Shown here one piece after another: positions 19,353-30,064 of a stretch of DNA of 64,000 nucleotides. The notes under the pieces were generated by a model. The model was not told the origin of the DNA and did no database searches. It worked only from the letters and a program-made list of their open reading frames with translations. The translations under genes were made by a program, and so were the position numbers. Source of the stretch: Thermoplasmata archaeon. GTDB taxonomy: Archaea; Thermoplasmatota; Thermoplasmata; GCA-020350865. The stretch covers positions 4,032,662 through 4,096,661 of the forward strand of contig CP070751.1 of assembly GCA_020348445.1 (NCBI GenBank), in the 5' to 3' direction. How positions within the stretch are numbered: position 1 is the stretch's first letter; each line of letters begins with the position of its first letter.

Positions 19353-20354
19353 TTAGAAATCAAAGACATAAGTTGCTGTAAAGAATACCTGTAAGGCCAT
19401 TAACATAAGATACATGTTCACCCACACTATTGTATTCTCAAATATTTTTTCCTCTTTTGTAGCAACGGTCTGCATTAAAAGTGCTGTTACAACACCCCAG
19501 ACTACCATGAGCATCAGCCAAAGCATCCTCAACTCCAAGACTCCCGACATAACGCCAGCTAGTATTAGAATAAAGGGTAAGACGAAGAACGGCCCTGAGA
19601 TGACTGCAGCTTTCCGAACTCCATAGACAACAGGAAGGGTTCTCATTCCATGGACTTTATCACCTTTTATATCTGTGAAATCCTTTGATGTTATAGCGCC
19701 GATTAAGAATATCATCATAACACCGCCAATGATCCACGGTGTAAAATCTGAAAATGGATCCCCAAAAATCGCCCATGCAGCAACAAAGCCCAACATTCCT
19801 CTGGCAAAAGCTATGGTAAGATTAGAGAACCACAATCTCTTCTTCAGCCTCAGAGGTGGTGTGGAATACGCTATGGTGATGAGCATGATAATCATTACAA
19901 AAAAACCGAAGGTCCTATTCACCAATACAGCCCTGAATAATACTACTGGATAGAGAATCCAGGCAATGGTACGGGCCTCATCCTTCGTGATAATACCTGA
20001 GGGTATGGGGCGATAGGGTTTGTTTATTTTGTCTATCTCGACATCATAGGACGCATTTAATGCATTGCTTGCTGCATTCAACAAGACCAGTGTACTTGCT
20101 CCTATGAGAAGTTCCAGGAAACCATGGTGGTACTGTAAAAACGGGAAATGATGATCGAAATAAAGGAAAGGCAGATCATTTTCTGGAAAAGGATTCTTTG
20201 AAGCCCATCCCATCAATCCAATGCAAATACCACCGATAAGGGGTGCAAGAAGTGTGAACGGCCGAAAAAGATCGATAAAGCCCCTGACCTTCTTCGGCAT
20301 GACCATGGCTTTGTCCCATGATTCTTTACCCCAGATTCTGACCATCCTAATCAA
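19353..20354 (-). CDS. UbiA-family prenyltransferase (DGGGP synthase-like)
   Basis: NASYDVEIDKINKPYRPIPSG and KDFTDIKGD aspartate motifs; multiple TM helices. Confidence 0.85.
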   Translation of the reverse strand: MIRMVRIWGKESWDKAMVMPKKVRGFIDLFRPFTLLAPLIGGICIGLMGWASKNPFPENDLPFLYFDHHFPFLQYHHGFLELLIGASTLVLLNAASNALNASYDVEIDKINKPYRPIPSGIITKDEARTIAWILYPVVLFRAVLVNRTFGFFVMIIMLITIAYSTPPLRLKKRLWFSNLTIAFARGMLGFVAAWAIFGDPFSDFTPWIIGGVMMIFLIGAITSKDFTDIKGDKVHGMRTLPVVYGVRKAAVISGPFFVLPFILILAGVMSGVLELRMLWLMLMVVWGVVTALLMQTVATKEEKIFENTIVWVNMYLMLMALQVFFTATYVFDF

Positions 20355-20644
20355 CCCAAGGCCATATCAAACTGGTTTTCTTGTGGTCTACACATAATAA
20401 GTCATTGTATATAGACATATTGATATAAATGCCCTATTGTTTTCAAATCCCCCACTTCCCATCCATTCAATCCCTCCTACCTTTCCCCCTCCGTCGTGTC
20501 CTATTCAATTCACTATATAATGAATTCATATGCCACTCTGTCCTTCGGTTATACTAAAAGACAATTATATCTTAAACCTCATGACTCTCACCCATTTTTA
20601 TATCCCCCATATATTTATCTGAAAGATATCTTCTAATGTCAGGA

Positions 20645-21415
20645 TCAGTCAGAGGCCAGGTCCTCCCCACCTGCAAATATCTGCTGCACCATTGAATAGA
20701 GGTCCTCCAAACCTGTCATTTCCTCTGAGGAGATGGGAATCAGCTCCTTGTACGTTCCCAGGTTCTCAAATGCACGGAACAGTTCCACACTCAGCTCTCC
20801 TTTCATGTCGGGAGTTTCGATAACAAGGGCGTCGTACAGAGCATCGGGATTTTTAGACCAGTTAAGTATTTGCTCCAATTGCTCCTCTTCCAGAAGATCG
20901 ATTTTACTGAGGACATTGATCGTAGGTATGTAGAACCTAAACTGGGTTGTGGAACCAAGAAGTATCTGCGAAACGAAATTTGAGGGGGTGGTGGACAGCA
21001 TGGGATCGAAAAGGAACACAATGACTGATTTCTCCTCATTTAGGGTTTTGATTATAATCTTGCTGCACTCCCTGAATGTGAACAATTCCATCTGCCCTGG
21101 AGTATCCACAAGACAGTAATCTGATTCCATCTCATTTACGAGTTCCCTTATCTCTCCAGCTCTTAAAGCTATCATGTCCGCTGCCACGATTTGAGCTCCG
21201 TTGGGTCCCAGTCCGTACTCCTCCATTATATCTGAGAGAGTAAACCAATCTCTGACATCGATGTCTGCAGGATAAGGTATGCGCTCCACACCAGGATCTA
21301 GGTTTATGGTTGTGGCGTTGTAACCCATCTTGTCCATCCAGACCTTAAAACTTTGGGTTAGTGTGCTCTTTCCAGAACCTGCACAGCCTGTGAAATAGAG
21401 AAAAACACCTTCCAT
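20645..21415 (-). CDS. GPN-loop GTPase
   Basis: GCAGSGKS, NLDPG, GLGPNG, DTPGQME, SKID. Confidence 0.95.
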   Translation of the reverse strand: MEGVFLYFTGCAGSGKSTLTQSFKVWMDKMGYNATTINLDPGVERIPYPADIDVRDWFTLSDIMEEYGLGPNGAQIVAADMIALRAGEIRELVNEMESDYCLVDTPGQMELFTFRECSKIIIKTLNEEKSVIVFLFDPMLSTTPSNFVSQILLGSTTQFRFYIPTINVLSKIDLLEEEQLEQILNWSKNPDALYDALVIETPDMKGELSVELFRAFENLGTYKELIPISSEEMTGLEDLYSMVQQIFAGGEDLASD

Positions 21416-21479
21416 TTATAAACACCTCTTGTATACTGCAATATTAAAGGGTATGCCCGAGCCCTTTCAATAACTTTTG

Positions 21480-22586
21480 CTATACTTCTTCTGTATCTTT
21501 CTTTTTAACCGCAGCTAGCAGGAAAAGGAAAATTACCAATGCACATCCGCACATTACAGCTGCAAGCATTATATTGGCCAGTCGTCCGAATTGCCATGCC
21601 ACGACACCCCCCATCAATGATCCGAGAATAGACGATATACTCAATGTTGACCCAAGTATGCCTGCTGATGTTGCTTTTTCGATGTTCCTTTCCATCACGA
21701 ATTTCAAGGAGCCCACATAGAGAAATCCCCAGGCAACTGATATGAGAACCCAGGGGATCACAACCTGCCAGAAACTTGTCACGAAAACGAGGGTGGAAAA
21801 GGATATCAGGGAGATTATAAGTCCAACCACTATCAATTTCGTGCTCTTGAACCGATCCACACTCTGCATCGTGAAAAACTGTCCAATAGGATTTAATGCA
21901 TATAAGATCGCTATCCAGAACTTGCTTCCACCGAGATCCTCGTAAAGGAAAAGGGGAAAGATGACCCAAACTGTGCATGCTCCAGTATGACGCACCAGCA
22001 TGGTAAGATAGGCCGGCAAGCTCTTTTTTATCACATCCTTTGGAAACAAAGGTACTGTTATTTTCACTTCGTTCTTGAAAGAGATTAAGAAGGAGAAGAG
22101 AAAGCACAAAAAGAACATAAGAGAGCTAAAGAAAAATATCTGCCAGTATATCGATAAAATCCCTGCAATGAGAATACCAAATCCCCAGCCAAATGAGCCG
22201 AAGGAGGCGAACTTGCCTATTTTCTCCTCTTTTGACTGGTACGCCTTTGCAAGCAGTGCAGCAGGGTATATTCCAGCGCAGAAACCCACCAATATTCTTG
22301 ATACGGCGAGAGTCCATACAGAATCGGCCATAATCTGGGCAAGACATGCAAATCCTGATAATACCAGACCCAGTTGGAGGAACCTCTTTTTCCCGTAGAC
22401 ATCAGAAGCCCGCCCAAAAGTATAGGATGAGACAAATAGTGCAAATGCATAGGATGCCACTATGAGTCCCACCTGAAAATCTGAAGCAGAAAGCTCTCCT
22501 GCTAAAATGGGAATAAAAAGTGCGGAGGCGAAAAGAGCTGAATTGGAGAAGAACTGGATTGGGATGAGTCTTATAAGATCCTTCAT
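21480..22586 (-). CDS. MFS transporter
   Basis: Motif A 'GRASDVYGKK'; about 12 TM segments. Confidence 0.9.
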   Translation of the reverse strand: MKDLIRLIPIQFFSNSALFASALFIPILAGELSASDFQVGLIVASYAFALFVSSYTFGRASDVYGKKRFLQLGLVLSGFACLAQIMADSVWTLAVSRILVGFCAGIYPAALLAKAYQSKEEKIGKFASFGSFGWGFGILIAGILSIYWQIFFFSSLMFFLCFLFSFLISFKNEVKITVPLFPKDVIKKSLPAYLTMLVRHTGACTVWVIFPLFLYEDLGGSKFWIAILYALNPIGQFFTMQSVDRFKSTKLIVVGLIISLISFSTLVFVTSFWQVVIPWVLISVAWGFLYVGSLKFVMERNIEKATSAGILGSTLSISSILGSLMGGVVAWQFGRLANIMLAAVMCGCALVIFLFLLAAVKKKDTEEV

Positions 22587-22681
22587 CTTGGATTCCCCTT
22601 GGACTTGAATGTTGTGAAAATTTCTTGCTGCTCACCCCATCCTCAAAAACCATGGCTCAAATTGTGAAAGGGACGTGGGAA

Positions 22682-22921
22682 TCATTCCCAGGCCAGTCTG
22701 TCAAGATCCCTTTCCTTCTTCGTCTTCTTCTTGAACTCTTTGTAGTGTTTTTTGCAAAGATGAGTGCGCTTTCCCTCCCCTGTACGCAGACTGAGGTCTG
22801 TAAGTGCCTGTTTCACCTTCTTTGTGGACAACGATTTATGGCCCTTTTCCTTACAGTCTGAAATGCCGCAAACATCCCCACTTGCGCCTCTTGGTTTATG
22901 TTTCATGGCCATATACATCAT
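22682..22921 (-). CDS. Small basic Cys/His (probable Zn-binding) hypothetical protein
   Basis: CGISDC...HLCKKH. Confidence 0.6.
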   Translation of the reverse strand: MMYMAMKHKPRGASGDVCGISDCKEKGHKSLSTKKVKQALTDLSLRTGEGKRTHLCKKHYKEFKKKTKKERDLDRLAWE

Positions 22922-23057
22922 CCTTCTCTGGTGTGGAATAACGTATTGATATTAATAATTGTCGAAGCATGTAAGTGGATGGTAAGAGGGCCTTATGTCC
23001 TTCATATGAAAATTAACGATCGTAAACTTCTATCCTTATAGTTAATTTACATGCGCC

Positions 23058-23094
23058 GTGCAATTGACTTAAGTTAACATAATCTCAATTGCAC
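23058..23094. repeat. Perfect 10-bp inverted repeat GTGCAATTGA-N17-TCAATTGCAC
   Basis: Read directly; lies in the divergent intergenic region. Confidence 0.8.
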
Positions 23095-23251
23095 TTAAAC
23101 CCGACACTTTTGTTTACATAATTAATTATGGAATTTATAGGTAAAACATAAAAAATATCAATTATTCCTAGTTCCTGAAATTGTATCTTTTGGAGAAAAT
23201 TATTAATAATAAACAACATATACAATTTCATTAGGAACTCGAGGTTCGGCA

Positions 23252-23470
23252 ATGACTGAAGGAGAACAAACTGAAACTGAAAAAAATTTCGGATGGTTTA
23301 CCCAAGCAAATATTAGGGGCTGTGAGGGACAATGGGTCGCTATAGTGGATGGTAAAATGTTGGGTCCCAATAAAAAGATAGAGCCATTATTAAAAGAAGC
23401 AGAAAAGAAGTATCCAAAAAAAATCCCTTTGGTTGTCAAAGTGCCAACTGAAGAACCTCTGGTTGCGTGA
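23252..23470 (+). CDS. DUF5678-like small protein
   Basis: 'GQWVAIVDGKML...' and 'P.VVKVP.EE' pattern; 72 aa. Confidence 0.7.
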   Translation: MTEGEQTETEKNFGWFTQANIRGCEGQWVAIVDGKMLGPNKKIEPLLKEAEKKYPKKIPLVVKVPTEEPLVA

Positions 23471-23474
23471 CCAC

Positions 23475-23918
23475 ATGGTTCTCTCCTATTCTTATTTTCC
23501 AAGCAGACCCCTTCCAAGACCGATCATACCCGTTAGATTAAGATACAATGATAAATTGTTGGATGTCGGTATGTTATTGGACTCAGGTTCTGATTTTTCA
23601 ATGATCCCGGTTAGTATCTCGGAGGCACTAGGGATAAATATCAAAAGGCTTAAAAAAACAAAAACAATTGGTATCGGCGGAATTCCAATAGAAGTCAAGA
23701 TGTCAGAATTGGGATTGATTTTAAAACGGGGTAGGGAAGAATATGACTTATCCATGCCAGTTCAAATCAATTTAAATCCTGATGTGATCCCGTTATTAGG
23801 GCGAACTCCATTGTTTGATGAATTCGATGTGACATTTAGGCAATGGAAGAATCAAATAAATCTAAAAAAGATGACAGAGAAGGATAAAGTTAAAAGGAGA
23901 AAACGAGTCGGAAAATAG
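23475..23918 (+). CDS. Retropepsin-like (clan AA) aspartyl protease
   Basis: LLDSGSD catalytic motif, GIGG flap, LLGR. Start set at ATG 23475, 4 nt after the upstream stop. Confidence 0.8.
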   Translation: MVLSYSYFPSRPLPRPIIPVRLRYNDKLLDVGMLLDSGSDFSMIPVSISEALGINIKRLKKTKTIGIGGIPIEVKMSELGLILKRGREEYDLSMPVQINLNPDVIPLLGRTPLFDEFDVTFRQWKNQINLKKMTEKDKVKRRKRVGK

Positions 23919-24012
23919 CGAGCCATTTTTATTCATTCCACAAACAAAATTAAAAACAAAACCAAGTTATCTCGCCATATCCAATGCTTTTATAATTTGT
24001 AATATGGATTTT

Positions 24013-27000
24013 CTACACTACAATAGAATCAGTCCCTTCCCCAATTCCTAACCTGATATTATCATCATCCTTCACGACTAAAGTCACAGTCCCCGGCCCC
24101 TCATAAACCAAAGTTGTGGTGTCCATTATATCCACTGGATTGACTTCCGGAGATGGATACGGGTCTGGATTAGGTGGATTGTTCAGATAAGTAACAGTCT
24201 TTACCTGAGAACCATAGGTGAAGGTTAGAGTTTCATCATCACTCCCTGGATCTGTGATATGAGAGGTTATTTCGAAGGGAAGCCCGACAAAATAACTATT
24301 CAAATCCACTTCCCAAGGCTCTACATGGATCCAATGCTCACTGTCTCGTTTCTTGGATTGCTGGACATTGAAAGTATGGTGTATCTTTTTGATGCTTCCA
24401 TTCTGGGATTTAAGGTATATCCAAACCGGATTAGCCCCTACATTTGGTGGGTCTTCTGGGGTGTAGAATACAGTAGCGTTATAGGAACTTGAAAAGTTGA
24501 TACTAACAGGAATCCAGGCCATTTGCTCGTCTGGGGAACCAGGTTGACGCTCGATGGAGACATAACCCAGGAGGTTACCTTCTTCATATAATGCCATGCT
24601 GACATTGTTGTATTTTCTGCCTGCAACTCTTAATCCGATTTCTACATTCATCAGTGCGGATACGATTGTTGCAGTTGGATTAACATTTAGAACAGTTACA
24701 TTGCAGGTGTCTGTATCAGTAAGATTATACTCATCGGTTATTCTTAAGGTGACCGTGTAAATGCCATCATCACCATAGATGTGTGTTGTCTTACCGTCGA
24801 ATAAACCATCGGGAGCATTACCTAGAGTTTCTTGATAATCATAGATTCCATCAGAATCAAAGTCCCACTCATAGGAGATTATTTGCGCCCCATCGCCTAA
24901 ATATTTCGCATATTTGAGATGACACCTAGGTCCTGATCCATTATAATAACTAATGTGTGGATTTCCTTTGCTATCTAGTGCAATTGAGGTAAAATAGCCA
25001 ACATTACCCGCACTATCCACAATATCAATGTCCCAAACACCCCCTGTCCATTTAGCATATTTAAGATCTAAATTGGTCTCATCATAATAGCTTATGTGAG
25101 CATGGTTACTGTCGTCGAGAGCTATCGAAGTCCAGTGCCCAACGTTCCCTAGGTTGTCCACGGTCTCAATGTTCCAATTGCTGCCAATCCATTTCGCATA
25201 CTTGAGTTCTTGGTTAGAACTATCGTAATAACTTATATGTGGATTCTCGTTCGTGTCGAGCGCTATTGAGGTGTATTTACCAACATCATCTCCGCTGTCC
25301 ACAGTCTCGATTTTCCATACACTTCCGGACCATTTCGCATACTTGAGATCTCCGTTAGTTTTATCATAATAACATATATGTGGATAACCATCACTATTGA
25401 GTGTTATAGATGTGTACCATCCGACATTACCAGCTCTGTCTACAGTCTCTAAATTCCAACTATTCCCATTCCATCTCGCATATTTGAGAGTACCGTCTGC
25501 GTAATAGCTTATATGAACATTATCACTACTATCAACTCCTATTGACGTCCATGTACCAATCATACCAGAAGGAGCAATGTCTATAGTTTCTATTGTCCAA
25601 CCACTCTCATCACATTTTGCATATTTGAGGTCATGGTTTTGCCAATCTTGATAACTTATATGTGCATACCAGTTACTATCGAGGGCTATTGATGTATACC
25701 ATCCAACACCACGAGTATTATCCACGATTTCAATGTTCCAATCACATCCCGTCCATCTTGCATAACAGAGATTTTTAGAAGTTATGTCTAAATAGCTAAT
25801 ATGTGCATAATCCAAGCTGTCTAGAGCCAAAGAGGCGTAACGTCCAACATCATTATAAGAATCTATAATACTTATTTCCCAGGGGAGATTGATATTGTAG
25901 TTTCCACCTCCCTCTAGGTGAACAACATCACCCTCATCAACAGTTTGATCTTCTCCCGCATCCGCAACCGGTGGTATTACAGCAGGTAAAACTGTGATTA
26001 TGCAGGTATCTGAATCAGTGGCATTGTCATCATCTGTAATGGTAAGAGTAACAGTGTAGTTACCGGGAGTGCTGTAGATATGTGTGAGGGTAACTCCATG
26101 TTCAGTTGGTGATCCGTCACCAAAATCCCATTCATAAGAAATGATATCATTTACTCTCCTTGCATATTTGAGAGCAGTATTACTCCAATCGTGATAGCTT
26201 ATATGTGGCTCACCAAGATCATCCAAATACATGGACAACCATCCCCCTACACCACCATCACTCTCGACAGTTTCTATATTCCACGTACTGCCGTCCCAAT
26301 TTGCATATCTAACGTCATGATTTGGATGTGCATCATGGTAAGCGATATGAGGATAATCGTTGGAACCCAATGCAAGGGATGTGTAGCCATACCACAAACC
26401 AGTATTATTCACTTCCTCGACAATCCAATCACTTCCATCCCATTTCGCATATTTTAGAAAACCATTGGCATGTATGTATGATATGTGGGGATAGTAATTG
26501 GAATCGAGTTCAATTGATGTAGACGCCATTACCATCAATATATTGATATCAATAGATTCCAAAATCCAATCAGCGCCATCCCATCTTGCGTACTTAAGAA
26601 ATCGGTTAGTGTCATCATAATAACTGATATGAGCTCTGTCGTTGTTATCCAGCACAAGAGAATTATACATACCAACATTTCCAGAACTGTCAACTGTACT
26701 TATGTTCCAATTGATTCCATTCCATTTGGCATACTTTAGATCTGAATTCGTATTATCGAAATAACTTATATGCGGATAGTCGCTGCTGTCGAGGGCTAAT
26801 GAAGTGTGATGGCCAACGTCCCCAGCACTATCCACGATCTCAATGGCCCAGTCACTTCCGGTCCATCGGGCATATTTAAGATCATGGTTGGGTGTGGAAT
26901 CGAAATAACTGATGTGCGGATAACCCATTCTGTCCAAGGCGATAGATGGAGACCATCCCACTGAACCAGGACCGTCCACTGTTTCAATTTGCCAAGAACT

Positions 27001-29778
27001 CCCATCCCAACGAGCATAATTAAGATCATAGTCACCGCGATAAGTTATGTGAGGATTCCCCAAACTATCCACAGAAATCGAAGTACCCCCACCTCCTGAG
27101 GGTCCTATTGTATCAATCTGCCAACCAGAATCAGGATCATAACTTCCACTTCCATCGAATTGCACAGTGTCGCCTTCGTTTACTGTTTGATCGGGGCCTG
27201 CGTCGGCGATTGGGGGTTGGTTTTGGGTAGGTGTTCCAATGGCGTATAATCTACCATTGTCAGAACCAATATAAATTGTACCGTCGGAACCGATTGCAGG
27301 TGAGGTATGAAAATCGTTTGGAGCAGAGAAATTCCATTTTTCAGTACCATCTGGATTGATTGCATGAAGTTTATCGGCATTAGAACCAACAAATATCGTT
27401 CCATCATAACCAATTGCAGGTGATGAAAAAACAGCATTCCCGATAATAAAGTTCCATTTTTCAGTTCCATTCGGATTTACTGCATAAAATTTTGTATCTA
27501 AAGAGCCAAAATAAATCGTTTCATCAGAGCCGATTGCAGGTGATGAATGAATATCGTTACCTGTTGAAAAACTCCATTTCGTAGTACCATTTGGATATAT
27601 TGCATGTAGTTTATCAGCACTTGAACCTACATATATCGTTCCATCTGGACCAATTGCTGGTGATGAATCAACAGAACCTCCAGATAAGATTGTATATCTC
27701 CATTTTTCGGTTCCATTAGGGTTAAATGCAAACAACGTGCCATCCTGAGCGGGAACATATATCGTTCCATCAAGGGTAATTGCAGGTGATGAGAAGATTT
27801 TATAATCTGTGGTGAAACTCCATTTCTCACTTCCATCTGGATTAATTGCATAAAAGTTATTATCATAAGACCCAACATAAATTGTCCCATCAGATCCGAT
27901 TGCGGGTGATGAAAGTACAGCACCTCCTGTAGTGAAATACCATTTCTCGGTACCATCTGCGTTGATAGCATACAGACGATTATCTTGAGATCCTACATAA
28001 ATCGTACCATCTGAACCTATAGCAGGCGATGAATTTACATCTGAATTAGTGGTGAAATTCCATTTTTCAGTGCCATCCGGGTTGAGTGCATATAGTTTAT
28101 TATCGTCAGAACCTATAAAAATCGTCCCATTGAAACCAATAGCAGGAGATGAATGCACAGATCTACCAGTTAAGAAATTCCATTTTAAATTACCGTCATT
28201 TCCACTTGTATCATAGGGGCTTTGTCCAGTATGATTAAGATTCTGTCGAAACATCGGCCACGGAATCGGATTTAAAGTAACATCCACATATCCAGAACCA
28301 TCGTTATATCCGGTTTTACTGACTTCCGCTGATATTTTACAGATAATCTGTGATGTTACAATAGGTGCATTGAATATGCTTTTAAAATCACCATTTGCAT
28401 CAGTAATTCCTGATTGCGGGCTGAATATTCCCCCATTATCAGAAACCAGATTTACAGTTGCACCCTGGACTGGGTTTGTGCCATCGGTGACTTGGACAGA
28501 GATTGAGGATTGTGCTGCTGAGTTGAGGGATGTGAAATGGGAGGCGACATTAACATTGAGGCGAGAGGGAGTCCCAATAGCATATAATTTTGAATCCCAT
28601 GAACTAACATAAATCGTACCGTCAGAGCCGATTGCAGGTGATGAGAGCACATCATTAATAGTGGTAAATTTCCATTTCTCAGTACCATTTGGATTAATCG
28701 CATATATATTATTGTCTTCAGATCCAACATAAATTGTACCCTCAGAGCCAATTGCAGGTGATGATTCAATATCATAACTACTCGCAAATCTCCATTTCTC
28801 AGTACCATCTGGGTTAATTGCATATATATTATTGTCATTCGAGCCAATATAAATAGTCCCATCGAAACTGATAGCAGGCGATGAGAGCACATCGTTACCT
28901 GTTTTGAAACTCCATTTTTTGGAACCATCTGGATTGATTGCATGCAATTTGTCGTCGTTAGATCCTATATAGATCGTACCATCGGTGGCAATTGCTGGTG
29001 AAGAATCCACTGGTAAAGAGAAAGTGAGGTTCCATTTTTCGGTACCATCTGGATTAATTGCATATAATTTACTATCCAAGGAACCTATATAGATAGTGCC
29101 ATCAGAACCGATTGCAGGTGAAGAGTTTTTAATGATGCCAGCTGTGAACTTCCATTTTTCAGTGCCATCTGGATTGATTGCATACAATTTTTTATCCGTT
29201 GAACCGATATAGATTGTGCCATCTAATCCAATTGTGGGTGATGAACGGATGGCTTCACCTGTGGCAAAATTCCATTTCTCGGAACCATCTGGGTTAATGG
29301 CAAAAAGTTTGGTGTTTAGAGAACCAACATAAATCGTACCGTCAGAACTGACTGCGGGTGATGAGTATATCGCATCACCTGTTTGAAAACTCCATCTTTC
29401 AGTGCCATTAGGATATATAGCATATAGTTTACCATCTGCTGAGCCAAAATATATCGTTCCATCGGAACCAATCGCAGGAGATGACTTCACACAATCCAAA
29501 GTGTCAAAGTTCCATTTCAAAGAGCCATTATTTCCACTCGTATCATATGGACTAAGACCTGTATGCCTAAGATTCTGCCGAAACATCGGCCATGGGGAAT
29601 CAGCAAGCCCTCCCGTTCCGCTGGAGCTTGAAGTTGGTTGCCCGATATTTTGAGGTTGTTCAGCATTTTGTAACTGTCCAGCATTTTGTGTAATTGGAGC
29701 AGAAATACTTGTTATCATCATCAAACAGATAGCTATACTCATTACCCTGCTCTTCGTATAAAACCCCCCCTCCTCCAT
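24013..29778 (-). CDS. Giant surface protein: 2 PQQ/BamB-like propellers, Ig domain, 2 further propeller-repeat blocks, PKD domains
   Basis: About 16 'SSPAIGSDGTIYVGS.D..LYAINPDG..KW' repeats; 'HISYYD....LKYA.W' repeats; PKD 'ADAGPDQ' and 'YEWDFGDG'. Track ORF extends to 29943; the start is uncertain. Confidence 0.85.
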   Translation of the reverse strand: MEEGGFYTKSRVMSIAICLMMITSISAPITQNAGQLQNAEQPQNIGQPTSSSSGTGGLADSPWPMFRQNLRHTGLSPYDTSGNNGSLKWNFDTLDCVKSSPAIGSDGTIYFGSADGKLYAIYPNGTERWSFQTGDAIYSSPAVSSDGTIYVGSLNTKLFAINPDGSEKWNFATGEAIRSSPTIGLDGTIYIGSTDKKLYAINPDGTEKWKFTAGIIKNSSPAIGSDGTIYIGSLDSKLYAINPDGTEKWNLTFSLPVDSSPAIATDGTIYIGSNDDKLHAINPDGSKKWSFKTGNDVLSSPAISFDGTIYIGSNDNNIYAINPDGTEKWRFASSYDIESSPAIGSEGTIYVGSEDNNIYAINPNGTEKWKFTTINDVLSSPAIGSDGTIYVSSWDSKLYAIGTPSRLNVNVASHFTSLNSAAQSSISVQVTDGTNPVQGATVNLVSDNGGIFSPQSGITDANGDFKSIFNAPIVTSQIICKISAEVSKTGYNDGSGYVDVTLNPIPWPMFRQNLNHTGQSPYDTSGNDGNLKWNFLTGRSVHSSPAIGFNGTIFIGSDDNKLYALNPDGTEKWNFTTNSDVNSSPAIGSDGTIYVGSQDNRLYAINADGTEKWYFTTGGAVLSSPAIGSDGTIYVGSYDNNFYAINPDGSEKWSFTTDYKIFSSPAITLDGTIYVPAQDGTLFAFNPNGTEKWRYTILSGGSVDSSPAIGPDGTIYVGSSADKLHAIYPNGTTKWSFSTGNDIHSSPAIGSDETIYFGSLDTKFYAVNPNGTEKWNFIIGNAVFSSPAIGYDGTIFVGSNADKLHAINPDGTEKWNFSAPNDFHTSPAIGSDGTIYIGSDNGRLYAIGTPTQNQPPIADAGPDQTVNEGDTVQFDGSGSYDPDSGWQIDTIGPSGGGGTSISVDSLGNPHITYRGDYDLNYARWDGSSWQIETVDGPGSVGWSPSIALDRMGYPHISYFDSTPNHDLKYARWTGSDWAIEIVDSAGDVGHHTSLALDSSDYPHISYFDNTNSDLKYAKWNGINWNISTVDSSGNVGMYNSLVLDNNDRAHISYYDDTNRFLKYARWDGADWILESIDINILMVMASTSIELDSNYYPHISYIHANGFLKYAKWDGSDWIVEEVNNTGLWYGYTSLALGSNDYPHIAYHDAHPNHDVRYANWDGSTWNIETVESDGGVGGWLSMYLDDLGEPHISYHDWSNTALKYARRVNDIISYEWDFGDGSPTEHGVTLTHIYSTPGNYTVTLTITDDDNATDSDTCIITVLPAVIPPVADAGEDQTVDEGDVVHLEGGGNYNINLPWEISIIDSYNDVGRYASLALDSLDYAHISYLDITSKNLCYARWTGCDWNIEIVDNTRGVGWYTSIALDSNWYAHISYQDWQNHDLKYAKCDESGWTIETIDIAPSGMIGTWTSIGVDSSDNVHISYYADGTLKYARWNGNSWNLETVDRAGNVGWYTSITLNSDGYPHICYYDKTNGDLKYAKWSGSVWKIETVDSGDDVGKYTSIALDTNENPHISYYDSSNQELKYAKWIGSNWNIETVDNLGNVGHWTSIALDDSNHAHISYYDETNLDLKYAKWTGGVWDIDIVDSAGNVGYFTSIALDSKGNPHISYYNGSGPRCHLKYAKYLGDGAQIISYEWDFDSDGIYDYQETLGNAPDGLFDGKTTHIYGDDGIYTVTLRITDEYNLTDTDTCNVTVLNVNPTATIVSALMNVEIGLRVAGRKYNNVSMALYEEGNLLGYVSIERQPGSPDEQMAWIPVSINFSSSYNATVFYTPEDPPNVGANPVWIYLKSQNGSIKKIHHTFNVQQSKKRDSEHWIHVEPWEVDLNSYFVGLPFEITSHITDPGSDDETLTFTYGSQVKTVTYLNNPPNPDPYPSPEVNPVDIMDTTTLVYEGPGTVTLVVKDDDNIRLGIGEGTDSIVV

Positions 29779-30064
29779 GAAGAATAAATGCACTTGGGAG
29801 CATATAAAACCTTCCACAAGAGCCGAATAATGGTATTTTACAACCATATATTTAATAATAAAAAGAAAAAGAAAATTAAGAAATATCTTGCCGAATCGCA
29901 CACATTTTTTCGCAGTAAGGGGGCCCCTGTTCCTTTTCCCCAATTTCCCTGCCTTAATAAACTCGCTCGGAAAAAGTAATTATGACCTTTATAATAGAAT
30001 CATATCATAATTATGACAAATTCATTTATAGAAAAATAAGAAAAAGAAAAAAGGCAGGATTTTC

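Noticed and set aside
20445-20495. Possible G-quadruplex upstream of the UbiA gene (minus strand)
   Set aside because: Loops of 10-11 nt and no supporting context; a purine-rich leader is an adequate explanation.
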